A stretch of 64,000 nt of DNA from a virus: positions 1 through 64,000 of the IMG/VR virus record IMGVR_UViG_3300037461_000986, one strand, 5' to 3'. Below, piece after piece: positions 10,106 to 17,973 of the stretch (positions within the stretch are counted from its first letter, which is position 1; every line of letters starts with the position of its first letter). The notes beneath the pieces were generated by a model. That model was not told the DNA's origin and did no database searches. It saw only the letters and a list, made by a program, of their open reading frames with translations. A program made the position numbers and the translations under genes.

Positions 10106-10882
10106 CTAACATTGCTGTTCTCCCAGGGCCAAGGTCAGGGCGAGGTCGGGGTCGGGGATGGCCAGGGCGATCTCGCTGAGCACGGCCGCCAGCGCGGTCA
10201 GGATCTCGATGACCGCCGCCAGTCCGCCCGCGATGTTGTCGCCGATGGTGGCGCCGAGGCACGGAATCTCCGGCCCGCCGAACATGCCCATCAGTAGGTT
10301 CATGATGAGGACAATCGATCCGATACCTTTGAGCGCCTCGCCCGTGCTCATCGCCGTGTCCTCGAGCGTGCCCTGCGCGCAGACCAGCAGGCCGTTCAAC
10401 GTGCGGTCGTTGAGCGCGGCCGCGCGGTCGATGGCGTCGAGCACGCGCTGCGCCTGATTTTCCAGGAACGACAGGTCGCCCGCGATCTCGCGCAGCAGGA
10501 GCGCCGTGTTGTTCAGTAGCGCGATGATCATCTTGGGCAGCGAGAGCTGCGGGATGAGGTCGAGCAGCTTGTCCACCGCCTGCGCGAGCCCCGGCACACA
10601 CTTGATCAACTCGCTCGGGTTGAGCTGGGTGATGGCGTCGGGGATGGCCTGCACGCACCGGAAGATCGCCAGCACCGTGTCGAGGATGTTGAAGATCGGC
10701 GCGAGCGGCGCCATGGCCGGTCCGATTTGCGAATAGAAATCCATGGCCATGTCGGCCGCGCTGGGAATCTTCCCGATAGAATCCCAGATGTAGTCCAGAC
10801 ACACGCCGCCCGGCAGGCAGATCCGATCGAGCGTCGGGATGGCCGGCATCGGCAGGCAGATGGTCGTCGAGGGAAAGGTCAT
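10106..10882 (-). CDS. hypothetical helical, Cys-flanked, hydrophobic protein in the baseplate module
   Basis: 258 aa. The ends are Cys-rich (ICLPMPAIPTLDRICLPGGVCLDY...; ...EIPCLG...EQQC). The long Ala/Leu/Ile-rich segments look helical, e.g. GGLAAVIEILTALAAVLSEIALAI. It lies between the spike and gpW genes. Confidence 0.65.
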   Translation of the reverse strand: MTFPSTTICLPMPAIPTLDRICLPGGVCLDYIWDSIGKIPSAADMAMDFYSQIGPAMAPLAPIFNILDTVLAIFRCVQAIPDAITQLNPSELIKCVPGLAQAVDKLLDLIPQLSLPKMIIALLNNTALLLREIAGDLSFLENQAQRVLDAIDRAAALNDRTLNGLLVCAQGTLEDTAMSTGEALKGIGSIVLIMNLLMGMFGGPEIPCLGATIGDNIAGGLAAVIEILTALAAVLSEIALAIPDPDLALTLALGEQQC

Positions 10883-10885
10883 GCG

Positions 10886-11458
10886 TCACCCATTGAGCGG
10901 CCTCCGCACGGGCAGGACCTTGCGGCCCTTGACCTGCACGTCGCCGGCGCAGTCCAGGTCGATCAAGCCCAGCGCCGAGAGCTGGATGGCGCTCGTCGCG
11001 AACAGGCGCACGCCGTTGCCCAGCGCGTCGAACAGCAGCTCCACGACCATCTCCTCGGCCGTCCCGACGGTCTTCATGATGCGCACCGCCGCGGTCTGCA
11101 CGTCCGGCCGCTCGTCGATGACCAGCCGGAACGGGCCAACGCCGAACACCGAGATGTCGGGGTCGAGGTGCTCGGGGAAGGCCTCCCCCGCGCCATACGG
11201 CCCCGGCTCCCAGGTCGGCATGTTGGGGTCGCCGTTCACGAACTGGACGAACACGTCGCAGCCCATGGGCGGGACAGACAGCGCGCCCCGGTAGCGGCTG
11301 CCGCCGCCGCGCGGGAGCGCCCAGCTACTCTCCGGCTCGATGAGCCCCGGCACGAGCACCTTGATGCGGCCGAGCCGCTCGGGGTCGTCGCGGTTGACCA
11401 CGGTGCCCGCATACAGGCCCCAGAGGCGGTCGCCCTCAAACTGTCCGGTGTTGTCCAT
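10886..11458 (-). CDS. baseplate central spike protein (P2 gpV / Mu gp45 / gp5-VgrG OB-fold family)
   Basis: GTVVNRDDPERLGRIKVLVPGL..ESSWALP....G.LSVPPMGCDVFVQFVNGDPNMPTW matches the Phage_base_V signature. Confidence 0.85.
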   Translation of the reverse strand: MDNTGQFEGDRLWGLYAGTVVNRDDPERLGRIKVLVPGLIEPESSWALPRGGGSRYRGALSVPPMGCDVFVQFVNGDPNMPTWEPGPYGAGEAFPEHLDPDISVFGVGPFRLVIDERPDVQTAAVRIMKTVGTAEEMVVELLFDALGNGVRLFATSAIQLSALGLIDLDCAGDVQVKGRKVLPVRRPLNG

Positions 11459-11459
11459 G

Positions 11460-12839
11460 CTAGTCCGGCAGCGGGGTCATCGCCCCGTCCCTCGCCAGCG
11501 CCCGCAAGGTGCGGTCGTCCAGCGCGTTGATTTCGTCCTCGGTCATGTCGCGCGTGATGCCGTTGGCCTCGCCCGCGTCGTTCACCCACATCCAGGCCGC
11601 ACGCCCGTCCCCGTTGCCGGTGTAGCGCACATACGGCGCCATGTTCTGCAGGCGCCCGTCGTCGCCCTCGATGAGCGAGTCCTCGAGCCGCAGGATCGGC
11701 GCCGCGCGGCGACGGCGGACCTTCGAGCCCGCGTTGACCATGGACAGCGCGTCGCGGTCGGCGCTGAGCGCGACCTCGTAGCTGCCGGCCTTGATCGAGT
11801 GCGTGGCCTCGGTGATGTAATACAAGCCGTCGTATGGAATCGAATGCCCGACCAATTGGATCAGGCGCTTCGCGCTGACCACCGCGTCGCCCACGATGCT
11901 CATCGTCAGCTTGTAGACGCCCTGCGCATTGTCGCGGTAAATCGCGCGCGCGAACGCGCGGGCCTCCTCCTCGGTCATGTACCCGGCCGGGCGCGCCTCG
12001 TACTTCTGGGTGCGCGATTGGCGCTTGCTCGACGTGCCCTCCAGCGGGTCGGCCGTCTCGATCTCAGCGCCGAGGCTCTGCCAGTCGTAGTCCTTGTTGG
12101 AAATCTCGATTGAAAACGACCGCTTGGTTTGCGGGTCGCGCGCGTGCACGACCACGGCCGCGAACGCTCGGTCGGTGATTTGCGCAATCTGTGGCTCGCC
12201 CAGGATGCTGCCTTGCCCCAGGCCCGACCGGAACACAAAGGTGCGCACGGGCTCCTCGCTGAGCTGGCGCGGTCCCCAGTACAGGCCCTCGGCGTCGATG
12301 TAGAACTCGAAGCCGTTCTTCTTCGCCATCGTCCAGAGCTGGCCCGCGTCCGTGCGGTTCGCCGGCTGCGTGACGGCGTGGCGCACGGTGGTCGGCGTGA
12401 TGCGCGCGGTCGGCCCGCGATAGCCCCACTCCTGGGCCACGCGCCGCACGAACTCCGAGTCGGTGACGTTGGGCATGTTGCGGCCCTTGGTCCGCTGGTT
12501 CAGCACCGAGGCCATGTCCCGCATCCACACGACGTAGGGGTTGTTCTGCTCGCGCTTGACCACCACCATCTGGCGGTAGGGCGCGAGCGCCCCGCGCCAG
12601 CCCCACGACACCGCGAACTTCATGCCCTGCATGAACGCGCCCGCGTCCGTGAGCGCGCGGTCGAAGTTCTCGAAGGACACGCGGCACTCGTCGAGCTTGT
12701 CGGTGTTGTCGGAGAACTGGAACTCGAGCAGGCGCTCGCGCACCCAGCGGTTCACCGAGGCGGCGTCGCTCTCGTCCAGCATGTCGTCCCCGTCATTGAT
12801 GAGCAGGGTCAGGTGGACTTGGGGCACGCCGTCCGGCAT
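11460..12839 (-). CDS. P2 gpD / Mu gp44-like tail (baseplate hub) protein
   Basis: 459 aa, placed between the LysM tail-X and the spike as in P2 and Mu. Segments ...FAVSWGWRG... and ...RTDAGQLWTMAKKNGFEFYIDAEG... resemble the late-control-D family. Confidence 0.7.
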   Translation of the reverse strand: MPDGVPQVHLTLLINDGDDMLDESDAASVNRWVRERLLEFQFSDNTDKLDECRVSFENFDRALTDAGAFMQGMKFAVSWGWRGALAPYRQMVVVKREQNNPYVVWMRDMASVLNQRTKGRNMPNVTDSEFVRRVAQEWGYRGPTARITPTTVRHAVTQPANRTDAGQLWTMAKKNGFEFYIDAEGLYWGPRQLSEEPVRTFVFRSGLGQGSILGEPQIAQITDRAFAAVVVHARDPQTKRSFSIEISNKDYDWQSLGAEIETADPLEGTSSKRQSRTQKYEARPAGYMTEEEARAFARAIYRDNAQGVYKLTMSIVGDAVVSAKRLIQLVGHSIPYDGLYYITEATHSIKAGSYEVALSADRDALSMVNAGSKVRRRRAAPILRLEDSLIEGDDGRLQNMAPYVRYTGNGDGRAAWMWVNDAGEANGITRDMTEDEINALDDRTLRALARDGAMTPLPD

Positions 12840-13183
12840 TAGTGAAACCTCCGCTGGTCCGAGGAAAACACGCGCTCGCGCACGAACCGCTCACTCGGGA
12901 TGACCACCGTGCTGCCCGCTTGCAGGCGGAGCGTCGGATCGACCACGATGTCCGGCGCGGGCTGGTACTCCGCGAGCACCCACCAGAGCCCGGCCGGGCG
13001 CGCGAAGCTGCCCAGGTAGCGGTGCGCCAGGCCCCACCAGGTGTCGCCGTCGATGACCGTGTGATAGCGGTTGTCGGTCTGGTCGCTGTAGCGCACCGGC
13101 TCGCGCTCGTCCAGGGTGACCAGGTCGGTCACGCCGTCGCGATAGCCGATGCAGTACCGGTAGCGGCTCAGTTCATAGATCAT
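12839..13183 (-). CDS. LysM-like tail protein X
   Basis: 114 aa. HTVIDGDTWWGLAHRYLG....WWVLAEYQP....DPTLRLQAGSTVVIP is a LysM / P2 gpX-like pattern. Confidence 0.75.
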   Translation of the reverse strand: MIYELSRYRYCIGYRDGVTDLVTLDEREPVRYSDQTDNRYHTVIDGDTWWGLAHRYLGSFARPAGLWWVLAEYQPAPDIVVDPTLRLQAGSTVVIPSERFVRERVFSSDQRRFH

Positions 13184-13184
13184 G

Positions 13185-13868
13185 TCACGTCCTCTCGCGG
13201 GCGATGAGCAGGCCGCGCCCGAGCACGTCGTCCATCGTGATCTGCTCGAGCGGGGCGCCCTCGAACCGCACCGAGGCGGTCCACTCGATGAGCGCGCCGC
13301 TCGTGTCGCATTGGGTGTACTGCGCGCGCCACTCGGTCAGGCGACAGCGCGCGGACACGATGCCGGGAATCACCAGCAGGCACGCCGGGGGCGCCTCGGC
13401 CTGGCCCTCGCCCAGACGCGGCGGGTACAGCAACGCCTGCAGAAAGCGGCGCGATTGCTCCATGCCGGCGCTGATTTGTCCGAGCTGCGACGCGGTCGCG
13501 CGCCCGAGCTGCTGGCTGGCCCCGGCCGCGGTGTGCACGGCCGCGCCCTGGCTCGCGCGGAAGTAGCCCGCCACGTCCCCGGACGGGCCGACCTCGCGCA
13601 GGACCATGACCCGGTGCTGGTACACGTCGAAGCTCCAGCCGGGGTTGCTCGTGCCCTCGTATGGCATGTACTCGAAGCTCATCCCCAGCGAGCGCGTGCG
13701 CGCGTACTGCGGCGTGACCTCCTCGTTGATGGCGTTCGGGCGAAACATGAACGGCATGATGGCGTTGTCGGCGCCGCCGAGCAGCAGGTTCTCGACGTAG
13801 CCCTTGACGCCCCGCGCCAGGGTCGCGGCCGGGCCGGCGCTCGTCGAGGTCGTTTGCGTATTGGCCAT
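13185..13868 (-). CDS. CIS-tube-like / tube-initiator-like protein
   Basis: 227 aa. MPFMFRPNAINEEVTPQYA...SFEYMPYEGTSNPGWSFDV resembles the F.FNPE... opening of contractile-injection-system tube-like proteins, which are often fused to LysM. Here LysM is the next ORF. It sits right after the tape measure. Confidence 0.5.
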   Translation of the reverse strand: MANTQTTSTSAGPAATLARGVKGYVENLLLGGADNAIMPFMFRPNAINEEVTPQYARTRSLGMSFEYMPYEGTSNPGWSFDVYQHRVMVLREVGPSGDVAGYFRASQGAAVHTAAGASQQLGRATASQLGQISAGMEQSRRFLQALLYPPRLGEGQAEAPPACLLVIPGIVSARCRLTEWRAQYTQCDTSGALIEWTASVRFEGAPLEQITMDDVLGRGLLIARERT

Positions 13869-13875
13869 GCGCCTC

Positions 13876-16395
13876 CTAGAAGCCTACGGGCATCGGGGCC
13901 AGCGACCGGCCCGCCTCGTGGGCCGCGCCAGCCTGTGCGGCCTTCGCCACGGTGACGGTCTCGATCTGTGCGATGAGGTCCTTACCGGCCAGCTGCTTGA
14001 TGGCCATGCGCAATTCCGCCAACTCCTTTATGAGCGCGGCGTCGTGGCGCAGCGCGTCTCGGTCGCCCTTCTGCGTGAGCAGGCGCTTGCGGATCTCCTC
14101 CTCGCCGCCACCCGCCGCGGCCACCGCCTTGTACTCGGCGACCTTCTCGTTGATAGCGCGGTTCTTGTTGTCGATGGCGTAGTATTTCTTGTCGCCCTCC
14201 GAGCCGCCGTACTCGCCCCCGCTCAGCGACGACACCATGTCCTTGATCTGACCGGACTGCGCGTCGCTCGTGCCGGTCACCGTTTCGAACGAGCGCACAG
14301 CCCAGTTTTTCACGGTGGTCGCGGCGCCCGCGAAGTCGAAGCTCAGTACCTTATCGATCACGGAGAACAGGGTCATGAAGCTGTCGATCCACATGCCGAC
14401 CAACTCGCCGATGCGCGTGCCGACGAACTGGAGCAGGTTCCAAAAGCCGCCGATGGCGCGCGCCACGACGGTGACGACCCCAACGATGGCGCGGAAGCCG
14501 GTCACGAGGTTGCCAATGCCGTTCGCGATGTCCTCGCCCGTAATGCCCTTGAAGTAGGCAATGACCGGCGGCAGCAGGTCGAGCAGGGCCGACATCACCT
14601 GGATACCGATCTCGCCCAGCCGCGCCAGCGCGCCGCCAGCCCCGCGCCCCATCTTGCCCATCTCGTCGAGCTGCGCCGCCGGGTCGCCCGCGTCGAACAT
14701 ATTCATGATGGTGCCCAGCTTGGCCACGAACGCGTCGATCTGCGGGCCGAGCCCCGCGACGCCGTTCTCCCACCCCGCGCTGAAGCCTTTCCAAAAGGCG
14801 TCCCACTTGACCAGCATGCCCTCGAACCACTTAACGAACCGCGCGACCCCGCTGTTCTCCGGCGAGCCGATGGCCTTCTTGGTCGCCTCGCTCAGGCTGC
14901 CCGTCTTGATGAGCTCGAGCGCCGCCTTCCAGGCCAGCCCGAACTTTTGGAGCACGCCCTCCATCGGCCCGCCCGCCCGCGCCATGGCCTTGTACGCGGC
15001 ATAAAACGCCACGCCCAGGCCGGCGACGAGGATGGCAAACGGCGCGATGATGAGCGCCGACTTTACAATCTTGATCGCCAGACTCTTCACGGACAGGCCG
15101 AGCTGGTCGAAGATTGTCGACGCTACGATGAGCGCGCCCGTGATCGACAGGAATCCGCCGATTACCGCCGCGCCCGCGACGAACGCCTTCTTGAGCGGCT
15201 CCGGCAGCGCGTTGATGGCGTCCGCGATCTTGTTGAACGCCTCGGCGGCCTTGCTCTTAAACGGGTTCATGAGCGCGACCATGACGTCGCCGATGGCGCC
15301 CTTGATGCGGTCCATCGCGCCCTTAGCCTTGTCGCCCGCAACCACCATCTCCTTGGCCATCTTGTCGCCCATGCCGCCCGCGCCGCCCATCTGTTTGGAT
15401 AGGTACTCGGCTGCGTCCGCGCCGTAGAGCATCTTCCCGGAGAGGTCCTGCACACCGCCCTCGAGCTGCTTGATGATGGTCATCATGCCGCCCGCCGAGC
15501 GCGGACCAAAGATGTCGCGCAGCGCGGTAGCCTTAGCCGCCTGATCCATACCCTCCATCTGCTTCATCAAGCCGATGAGCACCGACGACAGGCCCTTGAA
15601 GTTCTTCTGCTCGTCTACGACCTCGACGTTGAACTTTTTGAGCTTCTTCTGCACGTCCTCGGCGGCGAGCTGCTGGAACGCCATGTTGACCGCCGCCGCC
15701 GCCTTCTCGGTCTGCGGGAAGACGGTGCCGACCATCGAGGTCGCCATGAGCATGTCGTCGAACGAGGCCCCAACGAGCTGCGACGCGGACGCGGTGTTCT
15801 GCATCAGCGTGCTGACCTGCTGGCCGCTAAGGCCGAACTGCCGCATGGCCCACGCCATCTTGTCGACCCGCAGCGTGCTGTCGCCCAGCGTGCCGCCGAA
15901 GATGTCCAGCATAGAGTCCAGCATGGCACCGGATTGCGAGGTATCCATGAGACCGATGCGCGCGAGGCGAAGCGCGTCATTCATCGATCCAATCGACTCC
16001 TGCACGGAGTTCCCGCTCATCGTCAGCGCCTTGAGCGCGCTCGCCGCCTGCTCTCCGGTGAAGCCCAGCGCGGCCACCTGCTCAGACCGGATGACTGCGT
16101 TCATCGCGGCGGCGGTCTGTTCCGTCTCCCCGCGCATGGCGCGCACCTCGCGCACGACCCGCTCGACTCCGAGCGCGGACTCACCCATCGCCCCGAGCGC
16201 GCCCGTGATGCCACTACCCATGCGCCTCATGGCCGCGCCGATGTCCCGGCGCGCGGCGGCCTGGTTCAGCAGGTCCACGCCCGTCTTGCCGGCCTTGAAC
16301 ATGCCGGTCATGGCGCTCGTGATGCCCTTGAGGACGCTCGAGGTCTGGTCGTAGGCGCGCAGGACAAAGCCCGCGCCGAAGTTGTTCATCGCCAT
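13876..16395 (-). CDS. tail tape measure protein
   Basis: 839 aa, Ala/Gly/Met-rich and helical. It has a central hydrophobic stretch (AFVAGAAVIGGFLSITGALIVASTIF...IIAPFAILVAGLGVAFYAAY). Position is chaperone, then TMP, then baseplate. Confidence 0.85.
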   Translation of the reverse strand: MAMNNFGAGFVLRAYDQTSSVLKGITSAMTGMFKAGKTGVDLLNQAAARRDIGAAMRRMGSGITGALGAMGESALGVERVVREVRAMRGETEQTAAAMNAVIRSEQVAALGFTGEQAASALKALTMSGNSVQESIGSMNDALRLARIGLMDTSQSGAMLDSMLDIFGGTLGDSTLRVDKMAWAMRQFGLSGQQVSTLMQNTASASQLVGASFDDMLMATSMVGTVFPQTEKAAAAVNMAFQQLAAEDVQKKLKKFNVEVVDEQKNFKGLSSVLIGLMKQMEGMDQAAKATALRDIFGPRSAGGMMTIIKQLEGGVQDLSGKMLYGADAAEYLSKQMGGAGGMGDKMAKEMVVAGDKAKGAMDRIKGAIGDVMVALMNPFKSKAAEAFNKIADAINALPEPLKKAFVAGAAVIGGFLSITGALIVASTIFDQLGLSVKSLAIKIVKSALIIAPFAILVAGLGVAFYAAYKAMARAGGPMEGVLQKFGLAWKAALELIKTGSLSEATKKAIGSPENSGVARFVKWFEGMLVKWDAFWKGFSAGWENGVAGLGPQIDAFVAKLGTIMNMFDAGDPAAQLDEMGKMGRGAGGALARLGEIGIQVMSALLDLLPPVIAYFKGITGEDIANGIGNLVTGFRAIVGVVTVVARAIGGFWNLLQFVGTRIGELVGMWIDSFMTLFSVIDKVLSFDFAGAATTVKNWAVRSFETVTGTSDAQSGQIKDMVSSLSGGEYGGSEGDKKYYAIDNKNRAINEKVAEYKAVAAAGGGEEEIRKRLLTQKGDRDALRHDAALIKELAELRMAIKQLAGKDLIAQIETVTVAKAAQAGAAHEAGRSLAPMPVGF

Positions 16396-16404
16396 GCGCG
16401 CCCC

Positions 16405-16695
16405 TCAGTCGTTGACGGTGAGCCCGGCCAACCGGGCCACCAGCTTGAAGTCCGTGTGGCGCTGCGCCTCCGCGCGCTCGAGCAAGGCCTGCGCCTCCCA
16501 GGGCGTGAGCGCCAGCGTCTCGGCCCAGCCGATACCGCGCCAGCCGCCGCCAAGGACAGGTTGCCACGCAAGCGCGGTTCGCGCATCGAAGATGTCCTCC
16601 TCGGTTAGGAGCCCAAGGACGTGCTCCCAAGGCGGCGCCGCCGCTTCCGCTGCGCAATCCCAATGCCCGGCGCCAGGAATCCCGCATCGAAAGGG
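16405..16695 (-). CDS. -1 frame extension of the tail assembly chaperone (GT-type fusion product, predicted)
   Basis: The -1 frame is open for 95 codons from the slippery site to TGA at 16405-16407. Third positions are GC-rich (..TEEDIFDARTALAWQPVLGGGWRGIGWAETLALTPWEAQALLERAEAQRHTDFKLVARLAGLTVND*). There is no ATG and no upstream GTG or TTG in that frame. Confidence 0.55.
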   Translation of the reverse strand, partial: PFRCGIPGAGHWDCAAEAAAPPWEHVLGLLTEEDIFDARTALAWQPVLGGGWRGIGWAETLALTPWEAQALLERAEAQRHTDFKLVARLAGLTVND

Positions 16696-17447
16696 AGGGC
16701 GATCATATACTTGCGGCCGCAGTGCTCGCAGGTAATCTCCACATCGGTATCAATCCCGCACTCGTGCTCGTCCATCGCATCGCGGAGCCGCTCGGCGTCG
16801 GCCGCGCGGAGGCCCGCATGCGTCTTGCTCAGGCCGTTGTTACCGTCGAGCCAGTTGATGATCTCAATGGGCTCGATGCCCTCGACCGCGATAATCCGCG
16901 AGCGCAGGCGCGTTGCCATCATGCGCTTTGGGAACTGCCCATCGAGCTTGCGCACGCGCTTGACGGTGGCCCCGGTGGCAAGCACGAAGCCGACATTGCG
17001 TCCATCGACCGTGCAAGACAGCGGCACATCGTTGCGGACGTGCTCAGCGCCCACCGCGTCGAGGTCCCGCCGTATGATGTCCACCTCGAGATCGATGTCG
17101 TAGTCGAACTTAGGGCACTGCCCGCTCGGACATTGCAGATCCAACACGGTGAAGGTCTTGCCGTCGTCATAGCTTATCTTGCGCAGCTCGAGCATGGCCG
17201 CAAACGTGTCCCCGGATAGCAGGTCATCCCACACGACGCTGCCGCCCTCGACCAGGTGCGGATACGGACCGGGGTCCACGACGGCGCCGATGCGCGCGCC
17301 GAGCACGGTCTCCACGACGTTGTCAAAGTTGTCGTTGGCTTTCGCCGCCTGCGCGAGGCGGTTCTCGTCGGCCATGCGCAGGGGCGTGAGCTTCACCACC
17401 AGACCAGAGGGCAATCGAACATCGCAGGCATCGGTCGCGGACATCAT
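16605..17447 (-). CDS. tail assembly chaperone (zero-frame product)
   Basis: 280 aa between the tube and the tape measure. It has Cys pairs (CPSGQC, CEHCG). The zero-frame C-terminal tail after the slippery site is Arg-rich and looks like junk (IAQRKRRRRLGSTSLGS). Confidence 0.55.
   Translation of the reverse strand: MMSATDACDVRLPSGLVVKLTPLRMADENRLAQAAKANDNFDNVVETVLGARIGAVVDPGPYPHLVEGGSVVWDDLLSGDTFAAMLELRKISYDDGKTFTVLDLQCPSGQCPKFDYDIDLEVDIIRRDLDAVGAEHVRNDVPLSCTVDGRNVGFVLATGATVKRVRKLDGQFPKRMMATRLRSRIIAVEGIEPIEIINWLDGNNGLSKTHAGLRAADAERLRDAMDEHECGIDTDVEITCEHCGRKYMIALPFDAGFLAPGIGIAQRKRRRRLGSTSLGS
16689..16695 (-). promoter_or_regulatory. candidate -1 programmed ribosomal frameshift heptamer C_CCT_TTC
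   Basis: The minus-strand sequence CCCTTTC is in X_XXY_YYZ phase with the 280-aa ORF (codons CTC CCT TTC). It lies 28 codons before the zero-frame stop. Confidence 0.5.
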
Positions 17448-17505
17448 GCGGCTGCTTCTCCTTCTGCGGACGCGCGCGGGCGCGTCATGGTTGCGCGTCT
17501 AGCGG

Positions 17506-17961
17506 CTAGGCCGGCACGCGCTCGAAGTGATCGTAGCCGACCACCACGGACTCCACCTGGAAGTCCGCCGAGCTATTGTCCCAGTCCTCGGGGCCGTACT
17601 CCTTGACGAAGGCGTCATACAGAATCCAGCGCTCCAGCTCCGAGCCGTCCCGGTCGAGCTGCACGTACTCGATGGTGCGCAGCACGTCGGGCTCGGTGCC
17701 ACCGGTCTCGGAGGCGGCATCATAGGTCGCCTTAAACCAGTTGTAGAGGTCGAGGTCCGTGGTCAAGCCGCGGACTAGCGTCACATCGTTGAAGGTGACG
17801 GTCGTGGGCGCCTTGTGGGGATGCGCGCGACCGCCCTCGTAGTGCTCGCCTTGGTTGATGGTGGCGCGCGGGGCCGTGCCGCTCTTGAACGCCGCGGAGC
17901 CCACGCCCTCGATGCGAATCAAGAACGCATACTTCTTATGGAACTTGCGGGCCTTCGCCAT
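17506..17961 (-). CDS. tail tube protein (T4 gp19 / Afp1-like family)
   Basis: 151 aa. FLIRIEGVGSAAFKSGT...EHYEGGRAHPHKAPTTVTFNDVTLVRGLTTDLDLYNWF matches the conserved phage tail tube pattern. It is directly downstream of the sheath gene. Confidence 0.85.
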   Translation of the reverse strand: MAKARKFHKKYAFLIRIEGVGSAAFKSGTAPRATINQGEHYEGGRAHPHKAPTTVTFNDVTLVRGLTTDLDLYNWFKATYDAASETGGTEPDVLRTIEYVQLDRDGSELERWILYDAFVKEYGPEDWDNSSADFQVESVVVGYDHFERVPA

Positions 17962-17973
17962 AGAGTCCTCCTA

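Noticed and set aside
17469-17486. The hairpin GACGCGC-CCGC-GCGCGUC (minus-strand RNA) between the tube and chaperone genes as a terminator.
   Set aside because: It is only a 7-bp stem with no U-tract, and the next gene's RBS follows directly. At most it is a minor RNA structure.
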